Position numbers and translations under genes: made by a program. 64,000 bases of DNA from a virus: positions 11,367 to 75,366 of IMG/VR virus record IMGVR_UViG_3300032893_000027; one strand, written 5' to 3'. Below the pieces are notes generated by a model, which did no database searches, was not told where the DNA came from, and worked only from the letters and a program-made list of their open reading frames with translations. Of this stretch, positions 1 to 10,359 are shown in pieces. Positions within the stretch are counted from its first letter, which is position 1. Each line of letters starts with the position of its first letter.

Positions 1-3000
1 CTTGCCACTTAGCACCTGTCTCGAATGGCTTCTCAGAGGCAGCGACATGGTGGGCAAAGAGGTATTGAATCCGGTTCTCCATTGGAGACTTGGAGACATA
101 ACCCGGTGCTGGTCCAAAGCCCAACAGAGGCATGTAGACGTCTTGGTCGGTGATCTGCTTGGGAATATCGGTGGGACCATAGGGCTTGCCGCTCAGTTGC
201 AAAGCACGCCGTGCCCCAACCACGGATATAGGATAAGCCTGATCTCCGATCAGGTGTTTCCCTAACTGATAGGCTTGCTTATAGCCCGGAGCGGTTTCGT
301 CAAACAGCTTGTTCCCGAAATAGTCCCGGTTATGGATCATTTCGGAAATGGGCTGAAACATCAGCTTGTTCCAGAACATCTCGCTGAGGCCAAACAGGGC
401 GTTCTGTTGCTCCTGAATGTGCTTCATCGCCATGGGAACTTCGCGGGTATAGAAGGCGTTCGTTACCCGGCGAGGAGATCCGTCAGGGTTCAGACCGCCG
501 ATCCGAGGGAAGACATAATCCATGCCTTCCGCGTTCTCTCCGGTGAATGCCTTGTTGATTGCGGCATTAATGGCGAAGGCGCTCAAGGCATAGACGAACA
601 TATTCGTGGTCTTGTTCGTGACTTCACGAACAAGCTTCTGAGTTGGATTAGGATTGTCCATCAAGCGCCGAGCAATCGGTGCAAAGGTTCCACCCCCGAA
701 CTCCCGCATAAAACCGAGGTTCCATCCCAATGATAAAAAAGATCCTATGGCGGCGTCCTTTAAGGTCCGGTTCCAGAAAAGCCCTCCGTAGAACATTTCT
801 CCGAAACGATTATCTATTTGTTTACCTAAAGCCCGCAGGGCGACCCGCCTATTGGTGTCATCTTGTATCAAGTCCGGGCGCCGTCTTAGGAGGGCCGCCG
901 CTTCCCTCTCGGCGGCGGCCATTTTCAGATTAGGAATCCAATGGTCAAACAGAGCATGCTGAAGTATTCCAACGCTACGAAAAATAGCACCGGCTGCTCC
1001 CGGTATAGCCTTGATATAGTTGTTATTAGCGATGGCATTGGTGAAGTCCCCCTTACCCCTGTGACGGAGTTCCTCTGATAGCTGGGCGCTGAGCCCCATT
1101 TCGTTGATGAGCTTAAGCCGGGCCTCGCCCTGCTTGGTCCGAGCTTCCCGAGGGGTTAGCCACTGATTGCGGATATCCTTGCCTCGATAGCCAGTGCCCA
1201 CTGGAAGGGCCAGAAACGGGTCCATAACGCTTTGAAACACAGCCTCAGGTACAGCCGCGAAGCGACGAGCCAAGCCTTGCTGGCCCTTCCCAAAGGTTTC
1301 CCCGAGGGCACGGCTGAGGTTATTGACCTGAGCAATGTGCATGACGTGGACAGGGTGGAACAAGGATAGGCCGAGCTTGAGAGGAACCCAGAGGTTCTTC
1401 AGCTTCATCCACCCCCTAAAGCCATCTCCAATCGCGTCAGTCCGGGACCAAAGACCTTTGGCCTCGACGCCGTTTTTCCAGATATCGGCAGCGTCCGGGG
1501 CAATCAGCCATTTCTCGCTATTAGGGGCCTTGACCTCTTGCCAAGCATGGGTACCACCGACAAGGCTTGGCCGAGTCAGATAGGGCGCGGCCTTCTCGAC
1601 AGGGGTGGCAACGCCAAGCTCCTGCATGTCTTGCAATAACTTGACCTTATTGGCCATATCATCGCCCGACATGAGACGATGGTTCACGAAGTCCATCAGG
1701 TTGTTAAACCGAGGCTCCAGTCCATTCGCCAATCCTAGTTGAATGGCGTCGTAAGTACGAGACTTCTGGAACCATTCCGGTCCCATCGTTTTAATCATAT
1801 TATCGGTCGAGAAGATATTCTTGGCCCGATCCTCATCCTTCCAAGCATGCGGAAAGTAATCAGAGAAATACGACGCCTTTGAGCCGAACTTCTTTTCGTA
1901 TTCGTAGTTATTGTCTAGCCACTTGCGAATGTCACTTCGCATCTGGTCAATCCAAGGACCATGCTTGGCCACCAAGTCTTGGGGTGTGTGCTGGCCGGTT
2001 TCGGCCGCATCAATGATCCGCAATTGGTCTGTATCGAATGGAAGCTTGTTGAGCTTCTTCCACCATTGATAGCCTTGACGCTGAATGGCGTCACGATCTC
2101 TGGCCCGCTCAGAGACATACTTGGCTACCGCAATATCGGTTCGTGCCGCGCCTTCGGAGCGCTGCTCAGGAGCAATGTTCTGAAGGAACCATTCCTTAAT
2201 TCGGCCGCCTTTTGGTGGCATAGGCGGAGGTGCCATCGCCAAGAAGCTTTCCTCACGGAACTTCTCACGCTGGGTCCTCGCCTGTTCCTCCAAGGTTGCC
2301 TTCTTGGTTGGATCTGGTTCAGCCTCAGCCTGCTGTTCCAGCAGTTCAGCTTGTTGCTGATGCTGCTGAGCCCGTTGCGGAGCCAGATGAGTATCGACCT
2401 CATGTGCTGCCATCTCAGCCAGATCGTCCGCTCTGGACCGCTTCCGCATCACTTCTGCTGGACTCAGGTTCGGGTCCAATGCGTCCTGCCGAAGCTGATG
2501 GGCTTCAGCAAGTTTTGAATTCACGCTGGATTGAACTTCGGCCGAGGTCGGCTTAGGTGTGGCTTGGGCCTCAGGTTCACCCCGGAGAACCATATGACCC
2601 ACAGCAGGTACAGCCGTACCAACAGCCCCCTGTGCATAAGCCTGACCAAGACCTTCCGTAACCGGCTTTTCGTCAATTACATTCTTGGTCGCTTGCTCGG
2701 CCATACCAATGCCGGGCTGAACGCCGAAGGCTTGAAAAGCCAGATTCTTCAATGGTCCCTTAAAAAAGCGAAGAGGATAAGCACCCCATGACGCCCCGGA
2801 AAACGCGCCGGAAGCTGCCGTCTCCTCCACCGCTTTATCCCATGCCTTATTTGGGTCGGAAGGATTGGCTTTTAACTGCCGGGCGAAGGCTGGTCCGATT
2901 GTTTGAAACGCTGCCCCGGCCGCTGCTCCGCCTATTCCGCCAATGGCCGTCCCAAGACCCGGCTCAACCAAAGAACCACCCCACCCACCCGCGATTCCCC

Positions 3001-3352
3001 CAGCAATAGTAGGACTCGATGCACCAGTCTGATACGCCAGCTTCGGCAATCCCCGACCAAAGGGCTCCAGCACATCCCGCCACTCGAAAGGAGTTGCTTC
3101 TGGCTGTTCTTCGGTTTTTGCTTCTGTTGGGCGTTGTCCTTTCAGTACTTCTGCTGACTGACCGCTCTCAACAGCCGACTGTTTTAATCCATGCCATAGA
3201 GCGTCAAGCGGTCCCGGCATTGGCGCCGTCGTGTCAGGAGCCTCAGTCTTTACCGCAGCATTGGGACTGCCTGTAGGTTCATTCCAAACGATGTTGCTCT
3301 GAGGGGCTTGGGCCGGTTTCGGGTCGTCCCAAACGATATCGTTGACACCCAT
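1..3352 (-). CDS. Large virion internal/ejection protein, >1100 aa, runs off the window edge (not in the ORF track)
   Basis: ATG at 3352 overlaps the previous TAA (TAATG) and reads MGVNDIVWDDPKPAQAPQSNIVWNEP. The frame is open at both ends checked and is the same frame at position 2; the middle was not read codon by codon. Its position after the ejection gene is typical of the largest core protein. Confidence 0.7.
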   Translation of the reverse strand, partial: MGVNDIVWDDPKPAQAPQSNIVWNEPTGSPNAAVKTEAPDTTAPMPGPLDALWHGLKQSAVESGQSAEVLKGQRPTEAKTEEQPEATPFEWRDVLEPFGRGLPKLAYQTGASSPTIAGGIAGGWGGSLVEPGLGTAIGGIGGAAAGAAFQTIGPAFARQLKANPSDPNKAWDKAVEETAASGAFSGASWGAYPLRFFKGPLKNLAFQAFGVQPGIGMAEQATKNVIDEKPVTEGLGQAYAQGAVGTAVPAVGHMVLRGEPEAQATPKPTSAEVQSSVNSKLAEAHQLRQDALDPNLSPAEVMRKRSRADDLAEMAAHEVDTHLAPQRAQQHQQQAELLEQQAEAEPDPTKKATLEEQARTQREKFREESFLAMAPPPMPPKGGRIKEWFLQNIAPEQRSEGAARTDIAVAKYVSERARDRDAIQRQGYQWWKKLNKLPFDTDQLRIIDAAETGQHTPQDLVAKHGPWIDQMRSDIRKWLDNNYEYEKKFGSKASYFSDYFPHAWKDEDRAKNIFSTDNMIKTMGPEWFQKSRTYDAIQLGLANGLEPRFNNLMDFVNHRLMSGDDMANKVKLLQDMQELGVATPVEKAAPYLTRPSLVGGTHAWQEVKAPNSEKWLIAPDAADIWKNGVEAKGLWSRTDAIGDGFRGWMKLKNLWVPLKLGLSLFHPVHVMHIAQVNNLSRALGETFGKGQQGLARRFAAVPEAVFQSVMDPFLALPVGTGYRGKDIRNQWLTPREARTKQGEARLKLINEMGLSAQLSEELRHRGKGDFTNAIANNNYIKAIPGAAGAIFRSVGILQHALFDHWIPNLKMAAAEREAAALLRRRPDLIQDDTNRRVALRALGKQIDNRFGEMFYGGLFWNRTLKDAAIGSFLSLGWNLGFMREFGGGTFAPIARRLMDNPNPTQKLVREVTNKTTNMFVYALSAFAINAAINKAFTGENAEGMDYVFPRIGGLNPDGSPRRVTNAFYTREVPMAMKHIQEQQNALFGLSEMFWNKLMFQPISEMIHNRDYFGNKLFDETAPGYKQAYQLGKHLIGDQAYPISVVGARRALQLSGKPYGPTDIPKQITDQDVYMPLLGFGPAPGYVSKSPMENRIQYLFAHHVAASEKPFETGAKWQ

Positions 3353-5559
3353 TATTGATACTCAATGGAACCATCAGAGTACTGAACGACATTTTTGCCG
3401 GTCGATTTATCAACCCCAGTTCTAACGACTGTCTTGGCCGGAGCTTCCGTTGGGGCGGCCGGAACACCGCCCGTCAATCCATAGTCTTGCCGTGCCCGCC
3501 TATGAGCCTCTGCCCAGATTTCATCGTTGCTGCGTGGCTGAGTCTTGCCAGTAATGTCAGCACTGACTCTTGCAGCTTCCTGTCTCGCCAACTGATTAAA
3601 GTAGTTGCGTGTCTGGACGGCCAAGGCACGTCTCGTCTTTAGGTCCATAGTGGCGTCGGAGGCACCCTCTTGATCGAGTTCCTTGTTCTTAAGTGCGAGG
3701 GACGCCCTCTGGTAAGGCGTCATCTTATTAAGTTCATCCAGATGCTCTTTTGCCTTCTGCTGGAGGGCTTTAGCTTTCTGGTTAAGTTCCTCGTCGCTGC
3801 GGCCTTCCTTACGCTGCTCCTGAAGGGTCTTGGTGCCAGTTAACAGGCCCTTGCCGATAGCTGAGCCCAATGGCCCCGGAGTTGAGGCAATCGTCGCGCC
3901 GATATTCATCAACGCCAATCCCCAATCTTTTCCACCGAAGCCTTGGTTTCCGGTTGCATTCGGATAAGGCATCTGGTCTGATCCGTCTGTGGATATGTCA
4001 GACGCCCCTCCGGGGCCGACACCGGCACTGCTCCTTCGATGGGGTGGTGTCGGTCTCGGCCTTGGTAGCGGTACAGGGAAGGCAGCCCCCGATTCACCGG
4101 TCTCCATAGGTCCATAGCCAGTACCGGGAACGTGCCCTTCGGCACCCGCAGCACCCGCTGCATTGGCTGGCCCAATGAATGGGATGGAAGCTCCGGGGTC
4201 TGGCTTAGCTCCCGGTGCTGGAGGCGCATAGGAATTAAACCTATTCCAGCCCCCTCTAATGGCATCTATAGGTCCTTGTAGGAATGATGCGACTGGTCCG
4301 GAACCAGATTCATCAGGCCCATAGGGCACATCCTCACCATCCGCAAACTTAGGATAGGCTGAGCCGCCCTGTTTGAGGAGTAAAGGCGCCACACTCGTTG
4401 CCAGCTTGGCTATGTCTCCAAAGTTGATTCCGCTACTTTGTTGCTGCTGCTGTTGCTGGCCAGAGTTCGGGTTCGAGAACTGCATACCCCCAGTAAGGGG
4501 ACCGGAGTGCCCTGCTCCCTCATGGAGAGGAATGTAAGGAACGATAGAATTGCCACCGCCCTCAACGCCGGGCCAAGACGGTTGGTTTGATCCTTCACCC
4601 TCAACCTCACCACCGTCTGCATACCCAATGCCATAGTCAGCAGCGGTCAATCCGGGGAGGGGGTTGGCTGAGCTTCCACCATAAGCATCCGTGAAGGCAT
4701 TGCCGCCACCATAAACCGGACTCCCGCCGCTGCCACCGAGGGTGCCATAAAGGCCAGCGCCAGCCGTTCCTAGACCGACGATCTGGTTAAGCAGCGAAGG
4801 CGTCGGAGGCTGAGAGATCGTCTGACTAAACCCATTGGTCGTACCCCCAAGGGCTGGTGCCAGTCCACCGGTTACACCCGCTAGATATTGTGCCGTCTGG
4901 AATGGATAGGCCAGTTGTGCCAGAATGTTTTGGTACGGCGCATTCAACTGGGCCTGTTGCTGCTGTTGCTGCTGTAGGCCAGCCGCATTGGCGCCGCCGA
5001 GTGTCTGGCCACCGAGCCCTGCTAGTCCCGATGCCGCTCCGCTTTCGAGGGCTTTTTGCTGCTGGGCTGCTGACAAAGCGGATTGGTAAAGGTTGGCATA
5101 TGTTTGCCCAGCAGCGAGCCCTTGCTGCTTAGCCATGTCGGCTTGCCCCACAGCGATACGATCAGCCCCAATGCCGCCAGCAGACTGAACGAGATTAGCA
5201 GTATTTTGCGCATTCTGTGCCCCAAATATGTCTTGAAGGTTGGCTGTGACATTCGCAGCCATTGGATTGTAGTAATTAGCAACATCAGACGCCGAGATCG
5301 GCGCCGCACTCTGACCATACAACTGGCCAGCCTGTTGGTAATAGGGCTGGTTAACGAGACTCCCGTACTGCTGGAACACCTGCTGCTGAAGTGGACTAAA
5401 TCCAGCAACCGGGGCAACCGGCATACTAAAAGGGGTCGCGGCGGCCTGTTGGGCGGCGGCCTCGGCCTGATTAGCCCCGGCCGCAATGGTAGGATTGGCA
5501 GAATAAGACTGCGTTTGCGCCTGATTCTGGACTGTTTGACTGCCCTTGCTACCGCCCAT
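3352..5559 (-). CDS. DNA ejection/pilot protein (Gln/Ala/Gly-rich)
   Basis: MGGSKGSQT N-terminus, QAQLNAPYQ..YP motif, Gly-rich hydrophobic segments; lies downstream of the GNAT and tail genes. Confidence 0.65.
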   Translation of the reverse strand: MGGSKGSQTVQNQAQTQSYSANPTIAAGANQAEAAAQQAAATPFSMPVAPVAGFSPLQQQVFQQYGSLVNQPYYQQAGQLYGQSAAPISASDVANYYNPMAANVTANLQDIFGAQNAQNTANLVQSAGGIGADRIAVGQADMAKQQGLAAGQTYANLYQSALSAAQQQKALESGAASGLAGLGGQTLGGANAAGLQQQQQQQAQLNAPYQNILAQLAYPFQTAQYLAGVTGGLAPALGGTTNGFSQTISQPPTPSLLNQIVGLGTAGAGLYGTLGGSGGSPVYGGGNAFTDAYGGSSANPLPGLTAADYGIGYADGGEVEGEGSNQPSWPGVEGGGNSIVPYIPLHEGAGHSGPLTGGMQFSNPNSGQQQQQQQSSGINFGDIAKLATSVAPLLLKQGGSAYPKFADGEDVPYGPDESGSGPVASFLQGPIDAIRGGWNRFNSYAPPAPGAKPDPGASIPFIGPANAAGAAGAEGHVPGTGYGPMETGESGAAFPVPLPRPRPTPPHRRSSAGVGPGGASDISTDGSDQMPYPNATGNQGFGGKDWGLALMNIGATIASTPGPLGSAIGKGLLTGTKTLQEQRKEGRSDEELNQKAKALQQKAKEHLDELNKMTPYQRASLALKNKELDQEGASDATMDLKTRRALAVQTRNYFNQLARQEAARVSADITGKTQPRSNDEIWAEAHRRARQDYGLTGGVPAAPTEAPAKTVVRTGVDKSTGKNVVQYSDGSIEYQ

Positions 5560-5574
5560 TGTTCACGCTTTGCC

Positions 5575-6057
5575 TTAAGAGGAAGTTTCTACTGTACTAC
5601 TATTAGGCTTATAGAAAAAGAATTCTCCCAGCTTGGGAAACTCTCTCTGGTACAGCCTACACTTGGCCTCGTTGCGGGCACTTTCAGAGAAGATACCCGT
5701 CATTAGAGGGAGTCCAGTCTCGTTAACCTGTTGCTTCATCCAGCGCATCAAAGCCTTGGCATGCTGTGACTTGCGGTGGTCTGGATGGACAAAAACCATG
5801 TATTCTTCGAGGTGAGGTCTCTCGGAGTACCAGAAAGTCCCGATAGACAGGAAGGCTAGGGCTTCTAGCTCTCCTTCCTCTGGGCCTATGACGCCGATAG
5901 CGCCCTCTTGGCCTGCCAAGGCACGCCGGACAAAGCCAGCGGCCTTCCGCATTGACAAGGGGAATACGGCATTCTCGCCATAGGACATTCGCATCAAGTA
6001 CCAGACCTGCTCAAATTCAGAGGGACCAGCAAATCTTACTTCAGAGGGTGAACTCAT
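5575..6057 (-). CDS. GNAT-fold acetyltransferase-like protein
   Basis: FVHPDHRKSQHAKALM resembles GNAT motif A; typical position next to podovirus ejection genes. Confidence 0.65.
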   Translation of the reverse strand: MSSPSEVRFAGPSEFEQVWYLMRMSYGENAVFPLSMRKAAGFVRRALAGQEGAIGVIGPEEGELEALAFLSIGTFWYSERPHLEEYMVFVHPDHRKSQHAKALMRWMKQQVNETGLPLMTGIFSESARNEAKCRLYQREFPKLGEFFFYKPNSSTVETSS

Positions 6058-6062
6058 TTGAT

Positions 6063-9000
6063 CTACTTCGGGGGTTTCAACTTCTTAAGGGTTTCGATAT
6101 GATGTTTGCGAGTATTAATAACGAACTTATCCAAGGTCTTATGACCTTGTTTCATATCCCCGCCCCCAATAGCTTTTACCACATCTGGATGGATAATGAA
6201 CTCTCCCCCAGCCGCGATGATCGGCACATGGTCCGTTTTACCCCCATCAGCTTTCTTTTCGGTCTTGCCATGCTCATACAAATCACAGCAATATTCGTTG
6301 GCTGGTTCCGGAAGTTCCGGCTTCCCGTGCCATTTCACGAATCCTTGATTACCGCAAGTGGTTGAACTGGCAAGGTATTTGCAGTTAGCACACATAGAAC
6401 CACCCTTGGGGACCTTCATCCCAAGCTGGTGGTTAGCGGGCAGGACTGTTGCGGGTTCGACTTTGCCGCCACGGGCCTTTTGATGGGGAATAGGAACATG
6501 CGAAAAATGAAGCTGATGCGGGTATTGGAACGCCCGCCCATGTATATTCGGAGGGGGAAGACCGTAAGCCGAGTGCGTAAACATCTTCTTCAGGATCTCG
6601 CTGCCTGCCTTAGTATTGCCTTCACCAAGGGCGCTTGGAATGTCGGCAGGCAATACATACGATCCCGGTGGAACTCGCATCGGAATCTTGTCCGTTCGGC
6701 CCGGAATATGGGAGTCGATTAATCCACCCTTGGAGAAGTTGATGAACTCATGCTCCTGCGGATTCTCGTCAATCTGCGGGTGCTTGTGTTTCACTTTGCC
6801 TCCTGTGGCGTACTTCTGGTCGTTGTCACCGCCGCTTAGATACTGGTAGATACCAGCCCCAGCGGGCAGACCCGCAAAGCCTGCTAACGGGTGCCTCAAA
6901 TGCATCTTCTTTGGGTCAAAGGCTGCCCTTGGGGCACGAAGGATCTCAGGATTAATAACAGCGTATTGAGTATGCTTTAAGCCATGAGATCCAACATCAT
7001 GAACACCCTCAAGGGCGATCATGTCATATCCCTGCTTGCGAGCCTCTTCGATAATATCGTGAAAAAGAGTCTTGCTCCAAGTAGCACCGCCATCAGGATG
7101 TATCTGGTGCCCTAACTGCTTGGCAAGGGGGCCATAATCTACCCGAGCAAATTTATGCTCTCTGGCAATATACGGATGGCCTAGAGGTCCATAACCATGA
7201 GCCGCAACTTCTGGATTGGGCGCGGCAAAGAAAGCCCTTTCCCACACCTTTTGGGAAGGGTCTATAATTTCGTGGGGATAGCCTCCGCCGGGAACCGGAT
7301 TTTCAAACTCGCCACCTTTCCAAACATAATGTTTGGTGGCCCAGCCTTTCTTCTCAAGCTCTGCCGGTTTGTTCTTGCCCCAATCAATCTTATTAATCCA
7401 CTCCTTGCCCTCAGTATGCCCCTCTGGCGGAGCATATGATTTCCAAGACTTCGGCTCTAAGCTGGCCTTAATAGCATCCTCACGCATCTTTTTCTTTTGA
7501 GCATGAGGAAGATTCTGAGATGTAATAGGAACATTGTATCCAGCCTGTCCGAGATGCTCGGACATAAGGCCCTTCATGTCATCAATGTTTTTCTCAGGGA
7601 AATAGCTGAGAACATTCTCGATCTGATGCGGCTTAATATTGTAATACGACATGCTCTTGAGAAACTTCTCGCTATCTAGTTTCCCAAGTTCCTTGGCCAG
7701 CAACTTAGCCTTTAATCCGAATGCAGTCATATTCGGATTGTCTCCGATATGATACTTGGACAAGGCCGCAATAATTTTACCGCTGTCTATCCCGCCAAAT
7801 ACCTTCTTTGGTAAGTTGTAAGTTTTATTGTATTCGAATTGGTCAAGCCATTGAGTATCCTTAGGATGGCTCGGAATATCCTTGTACCCACCAGAGTCAG
7901 GCCATTTGGAGGCAAGGGCCTTCGATAACGCCTGCTCAAATGGCGTTTCCTTACCCTTAGGTAAGCCAACAAGATCCCCATATTCTTCTGGTGTGTGACT
8001 GTAAAGCTCATCTTTCCAGCCCTCAGGCCCGGCTGGGGCATTCTTAAAGTATTCCTCTAGTTCCTTCTCCGACATTGGTTCGTGCTGAGGAGCATGCTCA
8101 ACTCCATGCTCATCAAATGAGCCAAAGTCCGGATCGTGGCCATACCCTGCACTCTCCCAGCCCTTAGCAGGTGGTTCACCACCGTGCTTCTCAGCCCAGT
8201 CCTTGAGATAGTTCTTTCTGGCAATTAGCTTATCGGCAAGCTTAGGATCGCCGTGAAAGTTATCCACAACTTGCCTGATCTTCTCATCAGGAATGTTGAT
8301 TACTTTCTTAAGCGAATCAGCTACATGTTCATCTGACATGCCGCCAAACATGGCCGCAGCATCCGGTGCATGGACCTTTGGATCTAGCCCACGCATAGAT
8401 TGGAGTTCGCCGACCTCATTGCCAAAGATCTTGCCTTTAGGCGCCCCCTTGGCGCGGTATTCCAATGCGCCGCCGAGGTCCAATGGTGTCACCTTGCCGT
8501 TGATGACACCGAGATTGTCACCGCCAGTACCTACGACGTCGTGGTTAGCCAGCCATGCATGAACGCCAAAATCGTGCTGGGCCTCATACATCTCTTGATC
8601 GTCGAGTTGACTCGCATTATTCTTCTCAAGCTTCTCCATCCGGGTAATAATATGATTACCGGTTGGATCATGGTGGTACTTGAGGGTTGGAACGCCAGCT
8701 AGATCGTAGAGGGCTGCTGCCACGTTCTCATTGACAACGTGAGCCGGGGTCTGCCCTTCCTTCATGTAGTACTTGACGCCGTTCTTATCCTGATAGACGC
8801 CACCCTTGTTGGAACCCATCTGCGGTCCAACCTGAGTCAGTTGGTCAGGATGAACGTAGCCTCCGAAGTTGGAGGGCTGATGCATCTCATCGACTGGCTT
8901 TAAGTCAGGCCCAGCACTCGGAGCCTTCGGTGGTTCTCCGAAGTGCTTCTTGTAGTAGGTATCAAATCCTTTCTGCTGCAAGGGAGACATATGGGATTTA

Positions 9001-9935
9001 AGCTGGTCGATTTGGCCTTCATGCAAGCCAGCGCTACCAGCAATGGCGGCTAGGTCCTTGTTGGTATATTGCTTGAGGTTCTTCTGGATCTCAGGGTTCG
9101 TCTCAGGCGAATTGTTCAGCGCCTGATCCATATGTTTGGCTATGTCGTCAAGCTTGCCAACACCCTCCTTGGTGAAAGCCTCCTTAACGGGCTTAAATGC
9201 GGGCAGGCCGAACATCCCGGCCTTGGCGACGTCACCCATTAGGGTGTCCGGATTGGCCCAGCTTGCCACATCCACGGCTTGGCCTAGCCCCGGACCGGTC
9301 CTTTCAGCCGTCTTCTGGGCCGTCCCAAAGGCCGCATTGATCGGGGTCATGGCTGGCATAGCCGCCCCAAGGGCCTCCTGTCCGAGTCCTAAGCCCCAGC
9401 GGAGGGGGTTATAGGTCTGGAAGTTCTCCTGTGCCTGCTTATGGAACCCATATGCAGCCTCATCGCTTTCGCGTACAGCCTCCTTCCAGTCCTTGCCCAG
9501 ATTGCGGAGTTTCTCTGGCAGCCTGCTGGGCTCAACATGGGGCTCGGCCTGCTGCCCTGCTGGAGCGCCGGAGATTGGAACCTGAGGTGGGACATTAGGC
9601 GTCTTGAGGTCGTCATTGAGGGGCCATGGATCGACGTCACCGCCGTCAGCAAAGCCCGCCGCCCTCAGGTCGAGATCCTTGTTCCCGAGGGCATCCCCCA
9701 TCGGGCTAAAACCAACCTCGCCGCTATTCGGGTAATACATGTTCATATGGAAAGGCGTCATGCTTTCCATTGGCTTCACGACAGGGCCTTCCGGGAAATA
9801 CAGGCTATCGTTGAATGGAGTAAATGCCTCCATCCTCCGGTCTTCGATGTTCGGAGACTTGCGGAAGTCATCCCCGCCCTGTGCCTTCTTGGCATACTTC
9901 CGGGCGACGTGGAGGGCGAGTTCCTTCTTAGCCAT
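6063..9935 (-). CDS. 1290-aa polyvalent virion protein: atypical kinase domain, ADP-ribosyltransferase-like domain, Cys-rich HiPIP-like insert and GG-motif C-terminal domain
   Basis: Kinase-like GSNKGGVY..YYMK..NENVAAALY..WLANHDVVG..DN..LDLGG (~8205-8845). ART-PolyVal-like AFFA..ARKQGYDMI..QYAVINPEILRAPRAAFDP (~6910-7340). CANCKYL..C..YCCDLY (~6268-6395). GRTDKIP..GSYVLPAD and GGEFIIHPDVV in the C-terminus. Confidence 0.65.
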   Translation of the reverse strand: MAKKELALHVARKYAKKAQGGDDFRKSPNIEDRRMEAFTPFNDSLYFPEGPVVKPMESMTPFHMNMYYPNSGEVGFSPMGDALGNKDLDLRAAGFADGGDVDPWPLNDDLKTPNVPPQVPISGAPAGQQAEPHVEPSRLPEKLRNLGKDWKEAVRESDEAAYGFHKQAQENFQTYNPLRWGLGLGQEALGAAMPAMTPINAAFGTAQKTAERTGPGLGQAVDVASWANPDTLMGDVAKAGMFGLPAFKPVKEAFTKEGVGKLDDIAKHMDQALNNSPETNPEIQKNLKQYTNKDLAAIAGSAGLHEGQIDQLKSHMSPLQQKGFDTYYKKHFGEPPKAPSAGPDLKPVDEMHQPSNFGGYVHPDQLTQVGPQMGSNKGGVYQDKNGVKYYMKEGQTPAHVVNENVAAALYDLAGVPTLKYHHDPTGNHIITRMEKLEKNNASQLDDQEMYEAQHDFGVHAWLANHDVVGTGGDNLGVINGKVTPLDLGGALEYRAKGAPKGKIFGNEVGELQSMRGLDPKVHAPDAAAMFGGMSDEHVADSLKKVINIPDEKIRQVVDNFHGDPKLADKLIARKNYLKDWAEKHGGEPPAKGWESAGYGHDPDFGSFDEHGVEHAPQHEPMSEKELEEYFKNAPAGPEGWKDELYSHTPEEYGDLVGLPKGKETPFEQALSKALASKWPDSGGYKDIPSHPKDTQWLDQFEYNKTYNLPKKVFGGIDSGKIIAALSKYHIGDNPNMTAFGLKAKLLAKELGKLDSEKFLKSMSYYNIKPHQIENVLSYFPEKNIDDMKGLMSEHLGQAGYNVPITSQNLPHAQKKKMREDAIKASLEPKSWKSYAPPEGHTEGKEWINKIDWGKNKPAELEKKGWATKHYVWKGGEFENPVPGGGYPHEIIDPSQKVWERAFFAAPNPEVAAHGYGPLGHPYIAREHKFARVDYGPLAKQLGHQIHPDGGATWSKTLFHDIIEEARKQGYDMIALEGVHDVGSHGLKHTQYAVINPEILRAPRAAFDPKKMHLRHPLAGFAGLPAGAGIYQYLSGGDNDQKYATGGKVKHKHPQIDENPQEHEFINFSKGGLIDSHIPGRTDKIPMRVPPGSYVLPADIPSALGEGNTKAGSEILKKMFTHSAYGLPPPNIHGRAFQYPHQLHFSHVPIPHQKARGGKVEPATVLPANHQLGMKVPKGGSMCANCKYLASSTTCGNQGFVKWHGKPELPEPANEYCCDLYEHGKTEKKADGGKTDHVPIIAAGGEFIIHPDVVKAIGGGDMKQGHKTLDKFVINTRKHHIETLKKLKPPK

Positions 9936-10359
9936 GGATGATGAACTTCAACCCGAAGCCTCCCGAGGCGGGGCGCCATCCCAAATATGCCTCCAGCCAG
10001 CCATTCCAATAGGAAATGAACGGAGCCCATCCGTTGATGAGTGACCACTTAAAACCGGTTATATTACCGGGAACATCTCGCCAAGTTGTGGCAAGGACAG
10101 GATAAGATCCTGTCACCGTGTAAGTCTGTCCTTCAAAGCCAATAATATAACCGACAAAATTGGCACAAGGATTCCGAAACCACCACAGCAGATTACGGAT
10201 GAACTGGTTGGATATATTCGGTAGATAAGGAAGCCCATTGTTGATTAAAGGCGCAGTCCATGTTGACTTGCTGCCGCCACACATCAGCCACCACAGGGGG
10301 TTTAGAAGCATCCCCCATGTCGGTATATCCTGCGGTGTGACAGTCACAGTCTCAATCAT
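9928..10359 (-). CDS. Hypothetical Trp-rich protein
   Basis: Translationally coupled on both sides; WWFRNP and YLGWR motifs. Confidence 0.55.
   Translation of the reverse strand: MIETVTVTPQDIPTWGMLLNPLWWLMCGGSKSTWTAPLINNGLPYLPNISNQFIRNLLWWFRNPCANFVGYIIGFEGQTYTVTGSYPVLATTWRDVPGNITGFKWSLINGWAPFISYWNGWLEAYLGWRPASGGFGLKFIIHG

Noticed and set aside
2-3276. Many plus-strand ORFs in the track at 1-3.3 kb
   Set aside because: They are shadows of the long minus-strand gene that starts at 3352 and runs off the window.
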